DNA from: a virus | Lineage: Duplodnaviria; Caudoviricetes | Length of the DNA stretch: 64,000 bases | IMG/VR virus record: IMGVR_UViG_3300020438_000029 | Location: 3,462-67,461 of that record | Direction: 5' to 3' (one strand) | Shown here: positions 58,646 to 64,000 of the stretch, in pieces | Layout: each line of letters starts with the position of its first letter | Position numbering within the stretch: the first letter of the stretch is position 1 | The notes under the pieces: generated by a model | Database searches by the model: none | What the model was told of the DNA's origin: nothing | What the model saw: the letters and a program-made list of their open reading frames with translations, nothing else | Position numbers and translations under genes: made by a program

Positions 58646-61600
58646 TTAGCCCGGCAATACACTTACTGAGCTTGTTGCAATATTACCATTTGCCATATTT
58701 TTTGTATTTCTCTGTACGCCTGCTTCAATATCTCTAATTTCAGATAAGACAGCTAATACCGATCCCATTGTAGCGTTTAGTTGATCACTGTTGCCGCTGC
58801 CGCCTATTGAATCCATTTTAGCTACTACATCTCCTGCGTTAGTACCTGTACCTACGCCAAATTTGTTATCTTTAGCAAGTTCGTCATTTAATTTTCCGAG
58901 AACTTCTACTAAAGACTCCATAGCACTAGTATACGTTCTAACGCCGTTGATGTCAAGTCCTTTTTTCAATGTTTCAAGATTATTTTGTAACTCTGGTATT
59001 GAAGCAAATGACTGCACTACAGATTGTGTCTGTTGTAGTGCTGCTAGTCCTGTTTCTGCTTGTGTCGGATCTAAACTTGCAGGATTAGGAGCTTCAGGTG
59101 TTTCTACTACTTCTGCTGTCTCGCTTCCGCCTAAGAATGATTTACCTTCGCCGCCTAACCATTTTGGAAGATACTGTTTAAAGTTTGGCATTTTAAAATC
59201 AAACGTAAAGAACCCTTTAACTTTATCAACTACGCCTTGGAATAAATCTTTTATGCTTGGTATTGCCAAATCACCAAAGCCAAACATACCTGTTACTGTT
59301 TCCCATGCTGTTGTCAACAATCCTGATATTGAAAATCCAGTAGTATTTTCTCCCCATGTAAAGAATCCTTTAACAGTTTCCCAAGCAGTACTTGCTAATG
59401 TTGATATTGAAAATCCAATAGCATCTTTTCCCCATGTAAAGAATCCAGTAACAGTTTCCCATGCTTTTGATGCTAGTGCAGAAAAGCTAAATCCTTCCTC
59501 ACCAAAATCAAAAAATCCTGTGATCTTAGTCCATGCTTCGCTTATTAAAGTACTGATAGCATATGTTGCTTCACCTTCTCCAAAACCAAACCAACTTGTT
59601 ACAGTAGTCCACACTCTTTTTCCAACTTCGCTTATACTAAACGACTCGCCTTCCCCAAATGTAAACCATCCTTTAACAGTAGACCAGGCTTCTGATGCTA
59701 GTTGACTAATTGCAAACGTTGCTTCACCTTCTCCAAAGCCAAACCATCCTGTTACAGTAGTCCACATTGCCGATGTTAAATCACTGATTGCATAAACAGT
59801 GTCCATAGAAAATATTCCAGTGATAGTGGTCCATACATCAGTAAACAAGTCTTTCATAAATTGAATTCCAAACACTGCCACAACTGCTGCCGCAATGCCT
59901 GCAGGAATAGCCAGTACTGGTGCAGCAATAGCTGCGCCTATTCCAACTAATCCGCCTATGAATAAAGTGCCCCAAGGTATGTCAAAGTCAAACATACCAT
60001 CAGCAAATCCTTTTGCTGCAGCTGTGATGCCTTCTAATACAATATTACCGCTATCACCAAATGCTTTTGCTATTGTTCCGCCTTCGCCAAACAAATCTCC
60101 AAGTAAACCTTTTACAGCCGTGCCTTCAATTTCTTGGCCGGACTCGTCGATTTCGGCTTCTTTTCCAAATAACGCTGTGCCCAATCCGAATTTTTTGAAA
60201 TTGTCAACAAAGGTAGAAATTGAATTAAAGAAACTATCCATAGTAGCTTGTAGAGTTCCGTCTTCTATTATCCCAGTAATCTTTGTTGAAAACTTCTCTA
60301 CTAACTTAGCTGCGCCTTCAAAAATACCACTGTCTACAAATGCTTCTTGTATAATACCTCGTGCTTTACGTATTGCATCTTCAAAAGTTGTAAATGCATC
60401 CGTTGTTTTATCTCGTGCGTCCTGTTCTTTCTTTGCTGCGTCTAAATCTCTTCCGCCAATATCGATCATTCTAGTTGCATTATCTAAAAATTCTGCCATT
60501 GCAGGTTGTTGATCTCTTAATGATGCAATGTACTGAGCTCTTGCATCAGCATCCATATTTGCAAATTTTTCCATCTCGCCACCGCCGTTTTTCATAGCAG
60601 TTAGTAATACTTGTGGGTCGGCGCCGTCACCAATTTGTTTAAGTGCGTCTTGCATAGCAGGACCTGCATCACCCATCATATTTAAGAACTGTGCTGTTTC
60701 TGGACCACTTGGCATACCGTCAAGCAAGTCTTTCATAGCGGCGCCTGTTGCCCCGCCCATTTCTTCTATAATTCCTAGTGATAGTTGGAAGTTTTTCAGT
60801 TCTTGTGATCCTTCCTTAAACTGATTCATCATTCCTCGAATTGCAGCATCTGCAGCTTGTTCTCGTAGTGCCTTTTCTGCTTCTTCTCTAGTCTTGCCTG
60901 TTACTTTAGCAAGTAAATCAATTTGTTTTAAATAATCTGCACTTCCTGTTGCAAGCTCTGCTGTGCTCTTTCCTTGGAGAGTACCCATTCTTCTTTGCAG
61001 ATCAATATAATCTCCCATGCCTTCGTTAACTTCTTCAACAGTAAATCCCATGTTTTTAAGAGCAGCAAAGTCCCCAGACTTTTTAATGTTGTCATTCATC
61101 TTTTTAAAGCGTTCAGCACCCAGTGTAACACTTCCGCCTAATGCTGCTAAGTTGCCTGCATTATTAGTTATAAGTCCAGCAAACTCATCTAACGACAATC
61201 CCATTTGAGCAGCACTTCTACGTGTTTCCAACATGTCATTGCCAAATGCAGCACCTGTTGAACTTAAAGTTCTAAATGTAGAAACAGTGTTGTCAATGTA
61301 TCCAGCAAAGCCGCCTAGCAACCCGCCAACAATTGGAATGTGCTGTGCAAAGTCTTGTAAATTATTTCCGCCGTTGACAAATTCTTTAGCTAGACCTGTA
61401 AAGCCGCCTGCTACTGATCCCAACAGCCCGCCAATAGCATTCATAGATGCCTGGCCTAATTTTTTAATAGTTTTTGTAGTCTTCTTAGTTTCTTTAGTAT
61501 TTTCTTTTTGAGCTGTTGTATTGTCTTTTACATGCTTAGAAGATTCGTCCATTACCTTCTGCATCTTCTTAGTAATGTCAGCAGGATTAACGCCCTTTGC

Positions 61601-61699
61601 TTTAGCCATTGCTTCCATAGTCACAACTAAACGAGCAAGAGTTACTTCGCTTGCTACACCGTCGCCGCCTACATTGCCAATTTCTACTTCTTCAGCCAA
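58646..61699 (-). CDS. Tape measure protein (TTG start)
   Basis: 1017-aa Ala/Gly-rich helical protein with a hydrophobic segment and about 25-aa Trp/Phe repeats. Confidence 0.75.
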   Translation of the reverse strand: MAEEVEIGNVGGDGVASEVTLARLVVTMEAMAKAKGVNPADITKKMQKVMDESSKHVKDNTTAQKENTKETKKTTKTIKKLGQASMNAIGGLLGSVAGGFTGLAKEFVNGGNNLQDFAQHIPIVGGLLGGFAGYIDNTVSTFRTLSSTGAAFGNDMLETRRSAAQMGLSLDEFAGLITNNAGNLAALGGSVTLGAERFKKMNDNIKKSGDFAALKNMGFTVEEVNEGMGDYIDLQRRMGTLQGKSTAELATGSADYLKQIDLLAKVTGKTREEAEKALREQAADAAIRGMMNQFKEGSQELKNFQLSLGIIEEMGGATGAAMKDLLDGMPSGPETAQFLNMMGDAGPAMQDALKQIGDGADPQVLLTAMKNGGGEMEKFANMDADARAQYIASLRDQQPAMAEFLDNATRMIDIGGRDLDAAKKEQDARDKTTDAFTTFEDAIRKARGIIQEAFVDSGIFEGAAKLVEKFSTKITGIIEDGTLQATMDSFFNSISTFVDNFKKFGLGTALFGKEAEIDESGQEIEGTAVKGLLGDLFGEGGTIAKAFGDSGNIVLEGITAAAKGFADGMFDFDIPWGTLFIGGLVGIGAAIAAPVLAIPAGIAAAVVAVFGIQFMKDLFTDVWTTITGIFSMDTVYAISDLTSAMWTTVTGWFGFGEGEATFAISQLASEAWSTVKGWFTFGEGESFSISEVGKRVWTTVTSWFGFGEGEATYAISTLISEAWTKITGFFDFGEEGFSFSALASKAWETVTGFFTWGKDAIGFSISTLASTAWETVKGFFTWGENTTGFSISGLLTTAWETVTGMFGFGDLAIPSIKDLFQGVVDKVKGFFTFDFKMPNFKQYLPKWLGGEGKSFLGGSETAEVVETPEAPNPASLDPTQAETGLAALQQTQSVVQSFASIPELQNNLETLKKGLDINGVRTYTSAMESLVEVLGKLNDELAKDNKFGVGTGTNAGDVVAKMDSIGGSGNSDQLNATMGSVLAVLSEIRDIEAGVQRNTKNMANGNIATSSVSVLPG

Positions 61700-61714
61700 A
61701 ATTACTATCCTAAG

Positions 61715-61765
61715 TTATATGCGCATATAAATAATAGAGATACATATTATTACATTGTATTTATA
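61715..61765. promoter_or_regulatory. Palindrome copy 2 plus face-to-face TATAAATA late promoters
   Basis: TTATATGCGCATATAA 61715-61730; TATAAATA plus strand 61726-61733; TATAAATA minus strand 61758-61765. Confidence 0.78.
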
Positions 61766-61776
61766 CGGAGACAACC

Positions 61777-62664
61777 ATGGCAGAATTTAACCCTCAAGAA
61801 TATTCAGGAAATATTAACTTAGATCCTAATCCTTTAAAGAAATACTTTAGACAACCTAAAGTTTATGTTACATTACCAAGTAATGGACAATTTTATCCTG
61901 AAGGCACAATTGATATTCCAGAAAATGGTGAATATCCTGTACTAGCAATGACAGCAAAAGACGAACTTGCTATGAAAACTCCAGATGCATTGCTAAACGG
62001 ACAAGCTACTGTTGATGTTATACAAAGTTGTATGCCTAATATCAAAGACGCATGGAAACTTCCAAGTGTTGATTTAGACGCTGTTTTAATTGCTATACGT
62101 ATCGCAACGTATGGTGAAGAAATGGAAATTACTACTAAAGTTCCAGGCATAGGTGAAGAACGTTCATTTAATATTGATCTAAGACAATTACTAAACAAAC
62201 TTGTTACAGCTAACTACGACGGAGAAGTTCCGTTAGGTGATATGACTGTTACTACTCGCCCATTAACTTATGCAGAATTTACAGAAGCTAGTCTAAAAAC
62301 TTTTGAGGAACAACGCATTTTTGCACTAGTTAATGACGAAGAAATTTCAGATGGTGAAAAACTTTCTAAATTTAATAATAGTTTTAAAAAATTAACAGAC
62401 CTAACAGTTAATACACTAACTCAAAGTATTGTTGAAATTACAGTAGGAGACGATACTGTAACTAATCCTGCACATATTCAAGAATTTGTTGACAATGCTG
62501 ATAAATCTTTCTTTACATCTATAACTGATCACTTAGATAATCAAAAGAAAAAGTTTTCAATTGAACCGTTAAAAGTTAATAGTACTGACGAAGATATTGA
62601 AGCTGGTGCGCCTAAGCACTGGGAAGTGCCAATTACGTTTGACCAAGCAAATTTTTTCGGGTAA
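61777..62664 (+). CDS. Baseplate hub / tail assembly chaperone, T4 gp26-like
   Basis: NPLKKYFRQP, LPSNG.FY, MTAKDE, DLDAVLIAIRIATYG; ends in FF. Confidence 0.75.
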   Translation: MAEFNPQEYSGNINLDPNPLKKYFRQPKVYVTLPSNGQFYPEGTIDIPENGEYPVLAMTAKDELAMKTPDALLNGQATVDVIQSCMPNIKDAWKLPSVDLDAVLIAIRIATYGEEMEITTKVPGIGEERSFNIDLRQLLNKLVTANYDGEVPLGDMTVTTRPLTYAEFTEASLKTFEEQRIFALVNDEEISDGEKLSKFNNSFKKLTDLTVNTLTQSIVEITVGDDTVTNPAHIQEFVDNADKSFFTSITDHLDNQKKKFSIEPLKVNSTDEDIEAGAPKHWEVPITFDQANFFG

Positions 62665-62888
62665 GGGTCCTAGCATGGACCGTGCCAGAGATCCTCGAAG
62701 AAGTAAAGGTCCTACAAGGTGATCAGAAGCAGATTAAATCTGAGATAATGAAACTGTGTTGGTACATGCGCGGCGGTGTTACACTCGATGAAGGATTTAA
62801 TTTAAGTCACGAAGACAGACAGATAATTGCTGATATTGTCAAAGAAAATATGGAAACAACAAAGAAAAGCGGATTGCCTTTTTTCTAA
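62652..62888 (+). CDS. gp51-like C-terminal chaperone segment, probably reached by -1 frameshift
   Basis: -1 frame is open from the slippery site (FRVRVLAWTVPEILEE...WYMRGG...SGLPFF); the ORF-track GTG at 62682 has only a weak SD. Confidence 0.65.
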   Translation, partial: FFRVRVLAWTVPEILEEVKVLQGDQKQIKSEIMKLCWYMRGGVTLDEGFNLSHEDRQIIADIVKENMETTKKSGLPFF

Positions 62889-63250
62889 AAAGGTTTTCCT
62901 GTTTTAGGATTAAGCAGTTTAGCTCGTTTGATAATAAAGTTTTGTTTTCCAGAGTTTATAATTACTACACTGTTGTCGCCGTCTTTACTCGCTCCAACTA
63001 CTGTAGCATTAATTAATTTTCCTGCTTTACTCATAAATTGTACTGGTTGGTTTGCAGAAAACTTTACTTGAGGAGCAGGCTTTGCTACAGTTTTTGATTT
63101 AGTAGTAGACTTTGCCGTGTCTTTGTTTTTTTCTTCAGCATCTTTCCATCCTTTTTTAATTGGATCCCACACAGCTCCTACTTCACTAGATTTTTTAAAG
63201 CCGGTTTTGAAAGAATCTTTAAAGCCTTCGTCAATTTCATATATTTTCAT
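62885..63250 (-). CDS. Basic small protein, possible internal head protein
   Basis: MKIYEIDEG leader; Lys-rich. Confidence 0.55.
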   Translation of the reverse strand: MKIYEIDEGFKDSFKTGFKKSSEVGAVWDPIKKGWKDAEEKNKDTAKSTTKSKTVAKPAPQVKFSANQPVQFMSKAGKLINATVVGASKDGDNSVVIINSGKQNFIIKRAKLLNPKTGKPF

Positions 63251-63826
63251 TTAATAATCATCCAATACTCGTATGTATTTATAATCAGGATCGCGCCGTT
63301 GAGTCTGTCTTCCTAATCTTGTTTCTTCAACCGGAGAAGGCCAATGACACGTAAGTTCAAGTGCAATATACTTATCTAAATGTATATCATTCTGTGTGTT
63401 AATTTTGTGATACCCTACCCATTTTCTATGTAGTACGCATAGTTGTTCGTGGAACCCTGTATAGACAATTGAAGTACAACCTTCAGGAATATATCTACAA
63501 ATTATATTTTTTCTAAGGTATCGATGTTCAAGAATAGGCAAGTGTCTAAATCTAGAATCTATTGGTGTTGGAATATCTGTTTTAGTATCACTATCATAGT
63601 ATCCAAGATCACCTATTACAAGCCAATTTCTAACTTTCGGTAGATAATCAGCTATTTTGTCAGCCCATTTTTTATTCCAGGAATCAATACTTACTCCTGG
63701 TAATATTTTCACAGGAGGATCAGCTGTATGTATAAACTTTGACTGTGATTCCCATGGATCCATAATAACCCAAAGAGCCGTCTCACAAAGATTATATATT
63801 TCAGTTTTACTAAGTTGTTGTAACAT
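63251..63826 (-). CDS. Hypothetical protein, possible isochorismatase-like cysteine hydrolase fold
   Basis: WVIMDPW and IVYTGFHEQLCV echo the D...G..T..CV pattern; TAAATA-N5-ATG. Confidence 0.5.
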   Translation of the reverse strand: MLQQLSKTEIYNLCETALWVIMDPWESQSKFIHTADPPVKILPGVSIDSWNKKWADKIADYLPKVRNWLVIGDLGYYDSDTKTDIPTPIDSRFRHLPILEHRYLRKNIICRYIPEGCTSIVYTGFHEQLCVLHRKWVGYHKINTQNDIHLDKYIALELTCHWPSPVEETRLGRQTQRRDPDYKYIRVLDDY

Positions 63827-64000
63827 GTTAATATTTATTGCGAATATCTACTTCGTAGATATTTGTTTTCGCTTATCGCTCAAACTATACACTTCGTTTG
63901 TAGATAGAAGTAATTAATAAGATACAAATGCATTATTACGAATGTAATAATGTTTAAGTTTCATGTAGATTGTTTCAGTCAGACGGAACCTGTTACGGTC

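Noticed and set aside
58791-60512. 304-aa and 205-aa plus-strand ORFs
   Set aside because: Antisense shadows of the tape measure gene; no expression signals. The same applies to the many short opposite-strand ORFs within the fibre genes.
1-64000. Alternative genetic code, tRNA genes, introns or inteins
   Set aside because: Genes are long and intact under the standard code; no cloverleaf or split core gene was recognised by eye. tRNAscan-SE and Infernal would confirm.

Overview
The window is part of a large, AT-rich, T4-like (contractile-tail) bacteriophage genome and covers the virion morphogenesis region. It resembles uncultured aquatic T4-like phages; the host cannot be determined from sequence. 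Recognisable genes: head completion (gp4-like), tail tube (gp19), enlarged tail sheath (gp18), dNMP kinase, neck/tail-terminator genes (gp13/14/15), about 35 kb of large paralogous fibre/appendage genes, major capsid, scaffold, prohead protease, portal, tape measure and gp26/gp51-like tail-assembly chaperones. Within the fibre region sits an apparent sugar-tailoring system: ADP-heptose synthesis genes (hldE, hldD, a cupin where gmhA would be expected, gmhB), a GT9/heptosyltransferase-like gene, a NodU/CmcH carbamoyltransferase, two 2OG-Fe(II) oxygenases and a Cys/Gly-rich adhesin-like protein. Notable non-coding signals: a predicted -1 ribosomal frameshift fusing the two chaperone ORFs, a 16-bp palindrome before tail-tube/tape-measure genes, repeated TAAATA-N5-ATG leaderless late starts, an RBS-sequestering inverted repeat before the GT9 gene and two structured 5' leaders. 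Fibre proteins carry a phycobiliprotein-like KCxRDxG motif. All product calls come from motif recognition by eye; no database searches were run.
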